Positions 9,466-20,407 of a DNA stretch of 64,000 nucleotides are shown in pieces. Within the stretch, counting starts at the first letter, position 1; each line of letters begins with the position of its first letter. The notes under the pieces are model-generated. The model searched no databases. It was not told the DNA's origin and worked only from the letters and a program-made list of their open reading frames with translations. The stretch is from Clostridium sp. (GTDB lineage Bacteria; Bacillota; Clostridia; Oscillospirales; Acutalibacteraceae). The position numbers and the translations under genes were made by a program. The DNA lies in contig CP181261.1 in the NCBI GenBank assembly GCA_047833665.1, forward strand, positions 2,170,889 to 2,234,888, written 5' to 3'.

Positions 9466-9747
9466 ATTTCCCTTGACAGTTGTCTTGCTTTAAGAGCAAT
9501 AAGCGAAAAGATGCCGCAAGGAGAAACACAGAAACGCATCTCCCGCAACATCTTTACGCAATAACAATAAAATTCCTGTTGCAACAAGTATGGAAAACTT
9601 ACGAAACAAGATCCGTATTCTTGTATATAACGGTGTTGATTCAACCACACATATCGCAGTTCTTAATAATTTGCCACCTACTATCATGATGGATGATAAA
9701 CTGTTATTTTTCAGTATCGATTTTCCTCAGATTCTGTGCCTTTCACC

Positions 9748-10728
9748 CTAATATTTCATGGAGCTTTTATGCTGTGAAAAACCGGCTGTATGAGTACGTT
9801 CATTGGGAAATGAATTTGAAAGGACAGTGATTTTTCCTGTAAAAGCATCCATTTCCACTTCCGCTCCAAGAGGAAGGGAAAGGCTCGGCAGGCTGTGCCC
9901 GCATGCAAGGTTAGTAAGAATCGGCTTGCCTTCCGAAACAAGGAGTTCCTCAAAAACTTGTGAAAGCGTCAGCGAGCGACTAGGATTTTCCGCAGTGCAG
10001 TTTGTCCAGTACCCGAGCAGCACACCGGCGCAGTCACGAAATTTACCGGCATTTTTCAGCTGCGTCAGCATTCGGTCAATTCGGTACGGCTCTTCATCAA
10101 CATCTTCAAGAAATAAAATCTTTCCTTTGGTATCAATCTCATACGGTGTTCCGATGGACGATGCCACCAATGAAAGATTTCCACCTGTTAAAATTCCGCG
10201 AGCCCTGCCGCGTGTGAGCGTTTTCAGCGGCATTCCTTCCGGATTTTTCAGTTCGCCGTAAAATGTTCCTGCCAGAACATTTCGGTAGGAATTTGCCGTA
10301 TATTCGTCCACTCCCTGATAGAATTCGGTCGATGCCATCGGCGTGTGGAATGTAACGAAACCACAACGCTGATTTATCATGATGTGCAGGGCGGTAATAT
10401 CACTGTAACCACAGAAAAATTTCGGATTGGCCGCAATCAGGTTAAAATCAATCAAATTCATCAGACGCTGCGCACCGTATCCCCCACGAATGCACAAAAC
10501 ACCCTCAATGGAAGAATCCGCAAAAGCCCTGTTGATATCTTCCGCGCGCAGTCTGTCATTTCCCGCAAAATAACCGTGGACGGCATGGCAGCTGTCAAAA
10601 ACGACCGGCTGAAAACCCATTTTTTCTACAGATGCCACTGCGAGGGGAAGCCTTTCTTTCGGAACCGGACCGGAAGGAGCCACCAGTGCAACCTTTGCGC
10701 CTTGATGCGGCGGCTTGGGAACAAACAT
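9748..10728 (-). CDS. LD-carboxypeptidase (peptidase S66, muramoyl-tetrapeptide carboxypeptidase-like)
   Basis: GYSDITALH serine motif and a C-terminal ACGHS histidine motif. The start was set at MFVPKPP (10728); the ORF track extends to 10773. Confidence 0.85.
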   Translation of the reverse strand: MFVPKPPHQGAKVALVAPSGPVPKERLPLAVASVEKMGFQPVVFDSCHAVHGYFAGNDRLRAEDINRAFADSSIEGVLCIRGGYGAQRLMNLIDFNLIAANPKFFCGYSDITALHIMINQRCGFVTFHTPMASTEFYQGVDEYTANSYRNVLAGTFYGELKNPEGMPLKTLTRGRARGILTGGNLSLVASSIGTPYEIDTKGKILFLEDVDEEPYRIDRMLTQLKNAGKFRDCAGVLLGYWTNCTAENPSRSLTLSQVFEELLVSEGKPILTNLACGHSLPSLSLPLGAEVEMDAFTGKITVLSNSFPNERTHTAGFSQHKSSMKY

Positions 10729-10785
10729 ATCAATACCCCCATGTGATACTGCAAGAAGTTTCCCACTTAGCAATGGGAAACTGTT

Positions 10786-11751
10786 TTAGTCAAGATTTTC
10801 TGTAAAAAAACGATATGCGTTTGCGTAAAAAATCGAATCTGTAATCTCTCTGCCGAATTCCCCGCTTAGCGCATCGTACAAGCTGTCCATATCTTCAAGG
10901 CCTCGGATCCCTTCCACAAGTTTGCATCCGTCAAAATCCGAACCTATGGCAACCACTTTTTCTCCGCCAAGATTCAGAAAATGTTCGATATGTCTGAAAA
11001 TATCGTCCAAAGTCGCGTGTTCCTGCGAAAGAAATTTTTCAAAAAGATTCATTCCCACAAGGCCGCCAACCTGAACAATTTCGCGGAACTGGTCATCGGT
11101 TAGATTGCGTTCACAATCGCAAAGGGCGCGGGAATCGGAATGCGTGGCGATAAACGGCTTTTTTGCATGACGTGCAACATCCCAAAATCCCTGCTCAGAC
11201 AGGTGGGACACATCGACAATGACATTGAGCCGATTCATCTCGCGAACAAGGTCAAGCCCGAACGGAGTCAGCCCTCCCGCGTCCTGCACCTTGCAGCCGT
11301 CGCCTGTTTCGCATCTGCCGTTCCACGTCAGCGTAATCAGGCGAACTCCGATCTTCCATGCATCGTAAAGATGTTCCATCTTACCGGCCAGAGCAGCCGC
11401 ACCCTCTATGGAAAGCAGCGCAATCTCTTTAGAGTCCTTTGCCGCTTTTTCAATCTCACCTGACGTGCGGCAGAACGTGACAGTGTCTGCATTTTTCGCC
11501 ATTTCTTCGTTGAAAAAATTTGCAACATCGCTAAAATAGCGAAATGCTTCCTCTCCCCGCTGTTCATCTTTCAGCCAGATTGCGAAAATCTGTGCCCAAT
11601 TTTCATATTTACGTCCTTTTTCAAGGCTGACGTTCAGCTTGTTAGACTTCAAACTCAAATGTTTTTCATAGCATTTGGTTATTGTATCACAATGCAGGTC
11701 GAAATATTTCAATTTATCCCCACCTTCCGCCTTTCTATGTTCACATTCCAA
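10786..11751 (-). CDS. membrane dipeptidase family (peptidase M19)
   Basis: YFDLHCDT, DVSH and ATHSDSRA motifs. A TTG at 11712 preceded by GGTGGGGA is an alternative start. Confidence 0.8.
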   Translation of the reverse strand: MECEHRKAEGGDKLKYFDLHCDTITKCYEKHLSLKSNKLNVSLEKGRKYENWAQIFAIWLKDEQRGEEAFRYFSDVANFFNEEMAKNADTVTFCRTSGEIEKAAKDSKEIALLSIEGAAALAGKMEHLYDAWKIGVRLITLTWNGRCETGDGCKVQDAGGLTPFGLDLVREMNRLNVIVDVSHLSEQGFWDVARHAKKPFIATHSDSRALCDCERNLTDDQFREIVQVGGLVGMNLFEKFLSQEHATLDDIFRHIEHFLNLGGEKVVAIGSDFDGCKLVEGIRGLEDMDSLYDALSGEFGREITDSIFYANAYRFFTENLD

Positions 11752-11800
11752 AAATTCGGTTTCTTAGAGAAAAGAACTGCCGACACAGCCTCAATCCTAT

Positions 11801-13165
11801 TTACGGATTATCGGAAAAACGCAGTGCGCGGCCAAGCCGACCGTTGACAATATCATTATTTTGTACGGCGATTTCACCTGCGACAAGCACATAATCTATT
11901 CCGACGGGCGGCGTTGCAGGGGCACTGTATGTTGCCATATCCGCAACTTCATTCGGGTCAAAAATGACGATATCCGCATCCGCGCCCGCACTCAGTCTTC
12001 CCTTGTTGTTTAATCCGAACCGCTGTGCCGGAACAGAAGACATTTTCGCAATCGCCCCGTCCATGCTGATTTTTCCCGAGCGCACATACTCTTTGAGAAA
12101 ACGCGGAAAGGCTCCCGCTGCGCGCGGATGTCCTTGCCCATTGTGCACAAAGCCGTCCGTCACTAGGACGGTATTGGGGTGAAGAAGCGCCATCTGCACT
12201 TCTTCCGGTTTCATCACATGGCAAACCGTAATGGTTTCGGGGGCATTGTTTCTCAAAATGTGGAACATCTGCTCGGTGCAGCGCATACCTTTCCATTCTC
12301 CGTCACACAGCTCGATGCTCCCATAATCCGTATCATAGCGTTCCAGCCAGCCATCGTCATAAGTGGTTTCGCCGATTTCCGTACTGAACGCGTCATAAGG
12401 GTAGCAATCCAGACCGATATTGCCGCCGTTCAAAACGTATTGGTCTAAAAGGGTCAACGTTTCCTTCATCTGTCCGAAACCCGCCATGCTGCCAATGTGG
12501 GAAATTTCGGCCTGTACGCCAATCCGCAACGCTGCTTCGGCAACTTCACGCGCCGCGTCCACCGCCCCGTCGGCATCTTCGCGGATATGTACTGAAATCG
12601 GTTTGCCTTTTTGCTGACAGAGTGAACAGACCTGTCGGAATTCCTCCTGCGTGGTTCCGGGCGTATATTTCAGCCCAAATGAAACGCCAACACAGCCCGC
12701 GTCCAGTTCCCTTTCCAGATTGGCAAGCATCTTTTTTTGGGTGACATCGTCAATCGGCGCGTATTTGTCCGCACCGCCGGCCCGCACGCGCGCATCGGTG
12801 TGACCGACAAAGAGACCAAGATTGAGCGGAATCCCTATTTCATCCACCATGCGCAAATATTCAGCCGGAGAATCGACGGCGTTGTTTCCGCAGTTGCCGC
12901 CCAGAGCGGAAGTCACTCCCATCCGCAGCAAAGAGCAGAAGATGCTTTCATCCAATGTACCGTCCGCGTTTTTCACACCTTCATGCATATGGATATCAAT
13001 AAATCCGGGAGAAACAATCTTTCCTTCGGCATGAATCACACGGTCGGCATCCGGCATTTCTTCGGTGCAGCATGCGATTTTTCCGCCGTCTAGGAGCAAA
13101 TTGAGTTTCGCATGCACATGGCTCAGCGGATCAATCAGCGTACCGCCTGCAATCAGAGTTTTCAC
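11801..13165 (-). CDS. D-aminoacylase / N-acyl-D-amino-acid deacylase family amidohydrolase
   Basis: GFIDIHMHEG (HxH) amidohydrolase signature with the typical length and layout. Overlaps the upstream gene stop by 4 nt. Confidence 0.75.
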   Translation of the reverse strand: MKTLIAGGTLIDPLSHVHAKLNLLLDGGKIACCTEEMPDADRVIHAEGKIVSPGFIDIHMHEGVKNADGTLDESIFCSLLRMGVTSALGGNCGNNAVDSPAEYLRMVDEIGIPLNLGLFVGHTDARVRAGGADKYAPIDDVTQKKMLANLERELDAGCVGVSFGLKYTPGTTQEEFRQVCSLCQQKGKPISVHIREDADGAVDAAREVAEAALRIGVQAEISHIGSMAGFGQMKETLTLLDQYVLNGGNIGLDCYPYDAFSTEIGETTYDDGWLERYDTDYGSIELCDGEWKGMRCTEQMFHILRNNAPETITVCHVMKPEEVQMALLHPNTVLVTDGFVHNGQGHPRAAGAFPRFLKEYVRSGKISMDGAIAKMSSVPAQRFGLNNKGRLSAGADADIVIFDPNEVADMATYSAPATPPVGIDYVLVAGEIAVQNNDIVNGRLGRALRFSDNP

Positions 13166-13929
13166 GATGTCACCTGCGTTTTGTAGAGATCTCTGGTCAT
13201 CGTCTGGATAACTGTTTCAAATTGCGGAACATCCGTTTCATTGGAGCAGAAACAGACAACAAACGGCTGCGGTGCGAACACGATTCCCACATCGTGCGTA
13301 ATACCGTCGTCCTCGCCTGTTTTGTGGGCAATCTCCACTTGATCCTTAATATAGAACGGCATTTTTCCGTTCAGGCGCTGATTTTTTAAAATGCGAAGCA
13401 TTTCTGCGGAGGCCTGCGGAGAAACCAGTTTTCCTGCGTACATTTGTTGAAGCAGAAACCCGATTTCTTTTGCACAAATATAATTTTCAATTCCCCGTGA
13501 TGCCGCTTCTGAATCGAACAGCAGGCGATTCAGCGCAGTGACTTTCAGGCCCAGTTCCCGCATCCGCGCGTTGATTTTTTCCATACCAATTCGGCGAATG
13601 AGAATGTTGGTCGCCGTGTTGTCGCTTAAAATAATCATAAGGGTATACAGGTCTTCCAATGTAACTTCTAACCCCGTGTGCATGTAATTCAGCGCCCCGC
13701 AGGACGGCAGCTTTTCTTCCTGCGAAATTCGGAATGTTTCGTCTTTACGCAGTTCTCCCCGCTCCAACAACGTAAAAATTTCAACCAGTACCGGAATTTT
13801 GATAACACTGGCTGCAACAAGGGGCAGATCCTCATGATATTCCAAGCTCTCCCCTGTTACCAGATTCTTATAATAAAAACCGATCTTTCCGGGACATTCA
13901 GATAATGGCTTTAAAATTTGGTCAGTCAT
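13162..13929 (-). CDS. class A beta-lactamase-fold serine hydrolase (1 of 2 in the operon)
   Basis: SxxK (ASVIK), SDN (LSDNTATN) and KTG (HKTGED) motifs are all present. No signal peptide is evident. Confidence 0.75.
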   Translation of the reverse strand: MTDQILKPLSECPGKIGFYYKNLVTGESLEYHEDLPLVAASVIKIPVLVEIFTLLERGELRKDETFRISQEEKLPSCGALNYMHTGLEVTLEDLYTLMIILSDNTATNILIRRIGMEKINARMRELGLKVTALNRLLFDSEAASRGIENYICAKEIGFLLQQMYAGKLVSPQASAEMLRILKNQRLNGKMPFYIKDQVEIAHKTGEDDGITHDVGIVFAPQPFVVCFCSNETDVPQFETVIQTMTRDLYKTQVTS

Positions 13930-13952
13930 AATTCAGTCAAACACCTCTTACT

Positions 13953-14681
13953 TTACTTCCCACATAGCTTTACAAACATGTTGAAAACTTTCTGCATGAT
14001 GGGGTCACCCGAAGATGCCATCAGTTCCGGATGCCACTGAATACCGAGAATGAGCGGCCCTTGTGTGCTCTCAATCTCCTCTATGATACCATCCTTTGCC
14101 ACGGCGCCCGTTAAAAATCCGTCTGCAACTCTTTTGACCGCTTGATGGTGAAAGCTGTTTGTCATCACAGATTGCCCCAAAATCGGATAAAGAATACTGT
14201 TTTGACGGACCTCCACCGTATGGCTCGGGCAGGATGCCTCCGAGTCTTGATAATGATTCACGGTGCAGGTTTCTTCTCGGCGGATATCCTGATACAGTGT
14301 ACCGCCGAAAGCAACATTAATGGCCTGAATTCCTCGGCAAATTCCGAATATCGGTTTGTTCTGCGTGTGCGCCGCCCTGATGGATACAAGGTCAAGCCGA
14401 TCTCGTTCGGGGCTGAACGACCCCTGTCCCCAGCCGGGTTCTTCCCCATACAGCTGCGGCTGCAGGTCATTGCCGCCTGTCACCAGCAAACCATCCACTT
14501 TATTAACCATTTCTATAATCGTTTCATCGCTGTCCGCAGGGGGAAGAATCAGGGGCAGTCCTCCGGCATACAAAACAGACAGCACGTACGAATTATTAAC
14601 CGACACAACCTTTTTGATTTTATTAAGGTTCGGGTCGCTGCTCTGCAGACTGGAAACAATCCCTATCACAGGTCTACTCAT
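13953..14681 (-). CDS. peptidase C26 / class-I glutamine amidotransferase-like gamma-glutamyl hydrolase
   Basis: GICRGIQ nucleophile elbow and a QWHPE histidine motif. Confidence 0.8.
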   Translation of the reverse strand: MSRPVIGIVSSLQSSDPNLNKIKKVVSVNNSYVLSVLYAGGLPLILPPADSDETIIEMVNKVDGLLVTGGNDLQPQLYGEEPGWGQGSFSPERDRLDLVSIRAAHTQNKPIFGICRGIQAINVAFGGTLYQDIRREETCTVNHYQDSEASCPSHTVEVRQNSILYPILGQSVMTNSFHHQAVKRVADGFLTGAVAKDGIIEEIESTQGPLILGIQWHPELMASSGDPIMQKVFNMFVKLCGK

Positions 14682-14711
14682 AACAAAATTCCTCCGGTTC
14701 TCATCATCCGC

Positions 14712-15536
14712 TTAAAAAATACTGCCGACACTCTCCAGCTTTTCAGGCAGGTCGGCGCGGTAGTCTTCCGCATCCGGGTCAAGGCTGTTGATGACAACCC
14801 CGTGGCAGTTGTTGCCTGCCGTAGAATGAATATACCGCTGATTGCCGAGATACATGGCAACATGACCGGGGAAGAACATTAAATCGCCCGGTTTGATATC
14901 CTTAAAATCAATTGGATGCATACAAAATTGGGGCAGCATGTGTGCGTCTCGATGGATGATAATGCCGTTGAGCAGATACGCCATGGAGCAAAGCCCGCTG
15001 CAGTCAATTCCAAGCGGAGTTTTTCCGCCCCAGCGGTACTGAGTACCCAAATAACTCAGTGCGGTTTCGGTTAAAGCGCGGCGCAGTTTTGCCTCGTCTT
15101 CCTTGTTCCAATCTGTTCGGTATTCGCCGAGAAATGCACCCCACGTCCAGCCTTCCCGGCCGTCGCACAGGCGCACTTTCTGCCAGCCTTCGCTTTCTTC
15201 ATCAAGAGGACTAACCAAAGCGCCGCGCGTCAATTCCGCCACAAGGTTTCCCTGCACCTTGGGTACAGTTAAAATATCTGCATGCGCCTGCAAAACCACT
15301 TTTTTCGGGGCGGCATCCCACTGCCGAACAAGACTTTCCTCTCGGCACAGATGTTTTTCCAGCACCCAGCCTTCATACTGATAACCGGTGCGAATCAAAC
15401 ACCATTGGCCGTCCTGTTTTAAAATTTCAACTTTGTATCCGCACAGAGATTCGTCCGCAAGCTCCGATTTTTCAGACGCTTTTTGCATCATCGGTGCAAT
15501 CATCGACCGAACCAGCGCAAAATTCATTGTATTCAC
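14712..15536 (-). CDS. SH3b + NlpC/P60 cysteine peptidase (gamma-D-glutamyl-L-diamino-acid endopeptidase, YkfC-like)
   Basis: GIDCSGL catalytic Cys and GHVAMYLG His. N-terminal SH3-like region. Confidence 0.8.
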   Translation of the reverse strand: MNTMNFALVRSMIAPMMQKASEKSELADESLCGYKVEILKQDGQWCLIRTGYQYEGWVLEKHLCREESLVRQWDAAPKKVVLQAHADILTVPKVQGNLVAELTRGALVSPLDEESEGWQKVRLCDGREGWTWGAFLGEYRTDWNKEDEAKLRRALTETALSYLGTQYRWGGKTPLGIDCSGLCSMAYLLNGIIIHRDAHMLPQFCMHPIDFKDIKPGDLMFFPGHVAMYLGNQRYIHSTAGNNCHGVVINSLDPDAEDYRADLPEKLESVGSIF

Positions 15537-16330
15537 TCCCGCATATAATTGTAAACCACTTTCGAAATTCGGCCGATTGTCCGCGCCGCAACCGGATTTT
15601 CTTTTGTATCGTCCGCCGCGTCGGTCACAAAACAGCCAAAATAGTAGTCGCGTTTTGGAAGATAAAAAATGCCTGCGTCATGGCCAAGATAATCAAGCTC
15701 TCCCGTTTTATGTGCAAACACGGCGTCGCCCGCACATAGGTAGCGCAGTGCTTTGCTGTAATCCCGCTGGCGTTTTAAAATACTCAGCGCCAACTCGCAC
15801 AGTTCAGGGGTTAGAACGGTTTTATGATACAGTCCCGCAAAGAGTTTCAGCTGCTCGAAAGCACTGGTGTAATTATTTCGGCCTGCCTTTATAGCTTCCC
15901 AATCCAGCATTTTCCTTTCAAGCAGAGTCTGCTTAAGCCCCAATGACGCACAGTACCTGTTGATCTCATCCATGCCCAACAAATTAATCAGCACATTCGT
16001 TGCGGTATTGTCGCTGTTAATCATCATCCATGTGATCAATTCTTGCAGAGAATACTCCGCCGCACCGAATTCAAACACTTTCGTATCGGGAAGTATCTCC
16101 TCGGCCGGTATAGGAATCGGCTGTCCAAGATGCAGTTTTCCCTTCTGAACCAGATGAAACGCTGTCATCATAACAGGTGTTTTAATGGTACTGGCGGAAA
16201 CGACCCTTTTTTCCGACAAATGGGATAGGACCGTTTTTTCACTTGTGAAATCGTACACCAACAGAGAAACGGAGGCTCCCGAATTCTTTATTTCTTGTTC
16301 AATATCATGCCGTAACGCCGATTCATTCAT
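15533..16330 (-). CDS. class A beta-lactamase-fold serine hydrolase (2 of 2)
   Basis: ASTIK (SxxK), NSDNTATN (SDN) and HKTGE (KTG) motifs. 4-nt overlaps with both neighbouring genes. Confidence 0.75.
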   Translation of the reverse strand: MNESALRHDIEQEIKNSGASVSLLVYDFTSEKTVLSHLSEKRVVSASTIKTPVMMTAFHLVQKGKLHLGQPIPIPAEEILPDTKVFEFGAAEYSLQELITWMMINSDNTATNVLINLLGMDEINRYCASLGLKQTLLERKMLDWEAIKAGRNNYTSAFEQLKLFAGLYHKTVLTPELCELALSILKRQRDYSKALRYLCAGDAVFAHKTGELDYLGHDAGIFYLPKRDYYFGCFVTDAADDTKENPVAARTIGRISKVVYNYMRE

Positions 16331-17280
16331 ATTGATACACTCGATTGTAATAATTTTTGATAGTTCTTAATCTCCGATTCGCTGCCGCGGACAAAATGCC
16401 CCGGCTCTATTTCATACCAAAGTTTCGAGTCGGAGGATTCGTCTTCCTCCTCAGGATGATAGACAATCAACTCTTTCTTCTTTTCCCTAATCGGGTCCGG
16501 AATAGGAATCGCGGAGAGCAGCGCCCGTGTGTATGGGTGCAGCGGATGGGTGAAAAGCTGTTCTGTTTTAGCCAGTTCCACCAGTGAACCCCTGCGGATA
16601 ACACCAATGCGGTCGGAAATATGGCGCACCACGGAAAGGTCGTGCGCGATGAACAAATAGGTTAGGCCGCGCTCTTTTTGAAGTTTAGCAAGCAAGTTCA
16701 GCACCTGCGCACGAATTGAAACATCCAAAGCGCTAATCGGTTCGTCCGCAACAATAAATTCCGGCTCCATAATCAGCGCACGCGCAATTCCGATGCGCTG
16801 CCGCTGGCCGCCGGAAAATTCATGTGGAAAACGGCTTGCAAACTCCGGCAGAAGACCAACACTGAGCAACGCCTGCGCCACTTTCTCTTTGCGTTCGCTT
16901 TCGCTCAGACGCCTGCCGCAGTTGTACAGTCCTTCAGCAACAATGTATTCCACCTTGGCACGCTCATTTAAACTGGCCATGGGGTCCTGAAAAATCATCT
17001 GGATTTTCTTTGTCAGCTCAGCGTCCATTTCTTTTGAGATTTTTCCGCTGATTCTCTGCCCCTTAAAACGGATTTCCCCGCCGGAAACAGGGTTAACACG
17101 AATAATGGCACGCCCAATGGTCGTCTTGCCGGAACCGGATTCGCCGACAAGTCCAAAGGTCTCTCCCTTATAAATAGAAAAGCTAACATCCTTTACGGCA
17201 ACAAATTTGTGTTTTCGTTCGCCAAAGGATATTTGCAAATTGTCAACTTCCAAAATAGGTTTTTTCGTTTCTTCAGGCAT
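16327..17280 (-). CDS. oppF: oligopeptide ABC transporter ATP-binding protein
   Basis: Walker [10 protein letters not shown], signature FSGGQRQR, Walker B IVADEP, and the C-terminal oligopeptide-type extension. Confidence 0.85.
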   Translation of the reverse strand: MPEETKKPILEVDNLQISFGERKHKFVAVKDVSFSIYKGETFGLVGESGSGKTTIGRAIIRVNPVSGGEIRFKGQRISGKISKEMDAELTKKIQMIFQDPMASLNERAKVEYIVAEGLYNCGRRLSESERKEKVAQALLSVGLLPEFASRFPHEFSGGQRQRIGIARALIMEPEFIVADEPISALDVSIRAQVLNLLAKLQKERGLTYLFIAHDLSVVRHISDRIGVIRRGSLVELAKTEQLFTHPLHPYTRALLSAIPIPDPIREKKKELIVYHPEEEDESSDSKLWYEIEPGHFVRGSESEIKNYQKLLQSSVSI

Positions 17281-18313
17281 TGCCTTTGACCTCCCTGCGC
17301 AGGCTTCTGATCACTTCGGGCGGCTCCACTTTTGGCGCACGCGGATCGAGCAGCCACGTGCGTGCTTTATGCGTGGGGCTCACTTCAAAGAACGGCGGAC
17401 GCTTTACAAAATCAATTTTTAGGGCATATGGATTGCGGGGCGCGAACGCATCCCCTTTCACTTGGGAAAACAGGTTTGCCGGTGTGCCTTTAATAGAGTA
17501 CAAGTTTTCCCCTTTCGTGCCAAACTGCGGCAAGGACAATAGAAGTGCCCATGTGTACGGATGTTTCGGGTCGTAAAAAATATCCTCGCAAGTGCCGATT
17601 TCGATAATGTCCCCCGCATACATGACCGCAACACGGTCCGCAATATTTGCCACAACGCCAAGGTCATGCGTAATGAAAATCACAGAAAGGCCGTATTTTT
17701 CTTTTAAACTTTTTAGCAGATTTAAAATCTGTGCCTGAATGGTGACATCCAATGCAGTAGTCGGTTCGTCGCAAATCAGTATTTTCGGTCTGCAGGCAAT
17801 TGCAATGGCAATCACAACACGCTGACGCATTCCGCCTGAAAATTCGTGAGGGTACTGTTTCAGTCTTTTCTCCGGGTCAGTGATTCCAACTTCACCCAAC
17901 AGGCGTGCAGCCTCTGCCTTTGCCTGCTGTCCGTGCAGATTTTGATGCAGTTCCAGCGCTTCACAAATCTGATATCCAACCGTTTTAAGGGGATTCAGAC
18001 TGGTCATCGGGTCCTGAAGAATCATGGCAATCTCTTTTCCGCGAATAGAGAGCCATTCCTTTTCCGTTTTAAATTTTGCCAGATCTTTGCCTGCATACAG
18101 GATGCTCCCATGCGTAATAGATCCGTTCGCATCAAGCAGTCCCATAAATGTCTTGACAAAAACAGATTTGCCGGAACCGGATTCCCCTACAATTGCCAGT
18201 ATTTCATTTTTGTATAAATCCAGCGACGTGCCGCGGATTGCGTTCAGAGTCTTTCCTCGAAGGTCAAATTTCACTTCAAGGTCTTTAACAGACAGCACAA
18301 CTTCCCTTGCCAT
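17273..18313 (-). CDS. oppD: oligopeptide ABC transporter ATP-binding protein
   Basis: Walker [10 protein letters not shown], signature FSGGMRQR, Walker B LICDEP. Confidence 0.85.
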   Translation of the reverse strand: MAREVVLSVKDLEVKFDLRGKTLNAIRGTSLDLYKNEILAIVGESGSGKSVFVKTFMGLLDANGSITHGSILYAGKDLAKFKTEKEWLSIRGKEIAMILQDPMTSLNPLKTVGYQICEALELHQNLHGQQAKAEAARLLGEVGITDPEKRLKQYPHEFSGGMRQRVVIAIAIACRPKILICDEPTTALDVTIQAQILNLLKSLKEKYGLSVIFITHDLGVVANIADRVAVMYAGDIIEIGTCEDIFYDPKHPYTWALLLSLPQFGTKGENLYSIKGTPANLFSQVKGDAFAPRNPYALKIDFVKRPPFFEVSPTHKARTWLLDPRAPKVEPPEVIRSLRREVKGNA

Positions 18314-18325
18314 AGGCTCATCCCT

Positions 18326-19321
18326 TTATAAATGATTTTTCGGGTCGGACGCATCCGCGAACGCATTCCCGATAATATAAAATGAAATGGTTACAATGGA
18401 AAGAACAATTGCCGGGAAGAAAAGTTGATACCGCAGCGATGCCGACGTCATCAGCTTACGGCCGTCATCAATTAGATTTCCCAAAGACGGAATACTCACC
18501 GGCAGACCTAAACCAATATAGGTGAGGAAAACTTCATTTCCAATTGCACTTGGAATCGCAAGCGCCATTCGCATCACAATAACCGAAATCAAATACGGCA
18601 GCAAATTGCGGAAGATAATGCGCCGCGTTGGTGTGCCGAGGCATCGGGATGCAAGGTTATAATCCCGGTCGCGGATAATCACCACCTGATTGCGGATAAA
18701 ACGCGCCATATCCAGCCAGCCGGTTAGACACATGGCGATAATCAACGTGGAAACACTTGGGTGCATAATGTAAGAAATCAAAACCAAAACGATAGTTTGA
18801 GGAATATTGTCCAGCACATTGTAAATTTCTGTGAACAAACGGTCTAATTTGCGAACGTAGCCCCAAAGCAACCCCACGAAAATTCCAATGACGGCTTCAC
18901 TCACCGCAACCGTACAGCCGATAAACAGCGACGTGCGGGTACCGCTCCAGACACGACTCCACAAATCCTGTCCAATAGAATTGGTGCCGAACCAGAATTC
19001 GGAATCCGGCGCGCGGTTGCGGATTTGCATGCCCTGTGCATCGTTAAATATTTCTGTGGGGGAATGCTGATTTGGAAGGAGGGGCTGGATAAAAGTAAAC
19101 AGTAAAATCACAATGACCAAAATTAAAAAAAACATGGCGTTTTTGTCTTTCAGAAACGACCGAACGGTAGAACGCCAATAGGAATAATTGGAATACCCCG
19201 TTTTTTCCGCAGCTGTGCTATCAAACCCGGCAAACTGAAACAATTCCTCATCCGACATATTTTGCAATGTTGTGTTGATGTCATCTTCTACAGCGGCAAC
19301 TTTTTTATGCCTAAGCGCCAT
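18326..19321 (-). CDS. oppC: oligopeptide ABC transporter permease
   Basis: Multi-TM protein of the BPD-transport family with the OppC-type N-terminal extension. Confidence 0.8.
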   Translation of the reverse strand: MALRHKKVAAVEDDINTTLQNMSDEELFQFAGFDSTAAEKTGYSNYSYWRSTVRSFLKDKNAMFFLILVIVILLFTFIQPLLPNQHSPTEIFNDAQGMQIRNRAPDSEFWFGTNSIGQDLWSRVWSGTRTSLFIGCTVAVSEAVIGIFVGLLWGYVRKLDRLFTEIYNVLDNIPQTIVLVLISYIMHPSVSTLIIAMCLTGWLDMARFIRNQVVIIRDRDYNLASRCLGTPTRRIIFRNLLPYLISVIVMRMALAIPSAIGNEVFLTYIGLGLPVSIPSLGNLIDDGRKLMTSASLRYQLFFPAIVLSIVTISFYIIGNAFADASDPKNHL

Positions 19322-20262
19322 TACCGGGCACCCTCTTTCTTTGTCAGTTTAATACGCGGATCCATTGCATGCATTAGCAGATCGCCCAGCAGCAAGCCGA
19401 TTATTCCAATCGCCGAGTACAGTAATACAAGAGCCTGAACCATGTTGTTATCCTGCCGCTGAATTACATCAACCAGCAGCCCGCCCATGCCCGGCACGGA
19501 GTACAGGGATTCAATATAAATAGAGCCGGATATGGTATAAAGCAACGAAGACGGAAGATACTGAACAAGCGGAACAAACGCATTCCAAAACACATGGTGC
19601 TTCATGATATTCTTGCTGTCGACGCCTTTCGCCCTTGCAAGTTTTACATAATCCTTGTTTTGCTCATCAACCATAAAGCGCCGCAGCCACATGGCATAAT
19701 AGGCAATGTTGCCGAGGGAGAGGGAAAGCGTTGGCAAAATCCAGCTATATGGGTCCGAGCTGTCAAACAAAAGAGGCAGCCCGAAAAAATCGGTGCAGTA
19801 AAGTTGAATATAAAGATAATACACCGCTGCCGGAACCGCCATCACTATGACAATAAACACTGTGCCGAATTTATCCCAAAAACGTCCTTTTTTCCTTGCC
19901 ATGGCAGTGCCAAGCGGAATTCCGAGCAACATCGCAATCGCCATGGATGCAAGCCCCATGCAAATGGAAACCGGTGCCTTCTCCGCAATGATGTTGACCA
20001 CCGGAACATTCGGCCTGTATATTTGTGAGTTGCCCAAGTCTCCATGCAGCAATCCCTGAAAAAAATGCAAAATCTGTATGTACAGCGGGTCAAGAAGACC
20101 CATGCTTTTCAGTGCTGCATGAATCTGATTTTCATCTAACTTTTCAAAATTTTGAAAATAGCCCTCAATCGGCATCAGCCGCATTAGTGAAAATACAATC
20201 ACAATAATCACGGTAAGTGTTATGAGGGACAACAGCAATCTTTTAATGCTATATTTCAGCAT
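19321..20262 (-). CDS. oppB: oligopeptide ABC transporter permease
   Basis: MLKYSIKRLL start with a TAAGGAGAAAGG RBS. The ORF track extends to 20388. Confidence 0.8.
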   Translation of the reverse strand: MLKYSIKRLLLSLITLTVIIVIVFSLMRLMPIEGYFQNFEKLDENQIHAALKSMGLLDPLYIQILHFFQGLLHGDLGNSQIYRPNVPVVNIIAEKAPVSICMGLASMAIAMLLGIPLGTAMARKKGRFWDKFGTVFIVIVMAVPAAVYYLYIQLYCTDFFGLPLLFDSSDPYSWILPTLSLSLGNIAYYAMWLRRFMVDEQNKDYVKLARAKGVDSKNIMKHHVFWNAFVPLVQYLPSSLLYTISGSIYIESLYSVPGMGGLLVDVIQRQDNNMVQALVLLYSAIGIIGLLLGDLLMHAMDPRIKLTKKEGAR

Positions 20263-20407
20263 AGCCTTTCTCCTTACCAAAGTGGTTAGAAACACGAATT
20301 GGCATTGCAGGTCAGTGCCAATTCGTATTCCAGACCGTGATAAAAATCGAACAGGAATGCCGGTACGGTAAAAATACCGCACCGCCATTCACTGCCAAAA
20401 GAGCAAA

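Noticed and set aside
9222-9689. ORFs 9222..9650, 9319..9564 and 9480..9689 as genes
   Set aside because: They run through the miniature IS256 derivative and adjacent non-coding DNA. The only recognisable stretch (LERLNKEIPRRTSVVGI) is a relic of the transposase 3' end.
14142-14882. 246-aa plus-strand ORF, with similar antisense ORFs at 3313..3804, 4094..4525, 10345..10746, 15388..15894, 19594..20028 and 58242..58589
   Set aside because: All of them overlap well-supported genes on the opposite strand. They have Arg/Ser/Cys-rich low-complexity translations and lack start-site signals.
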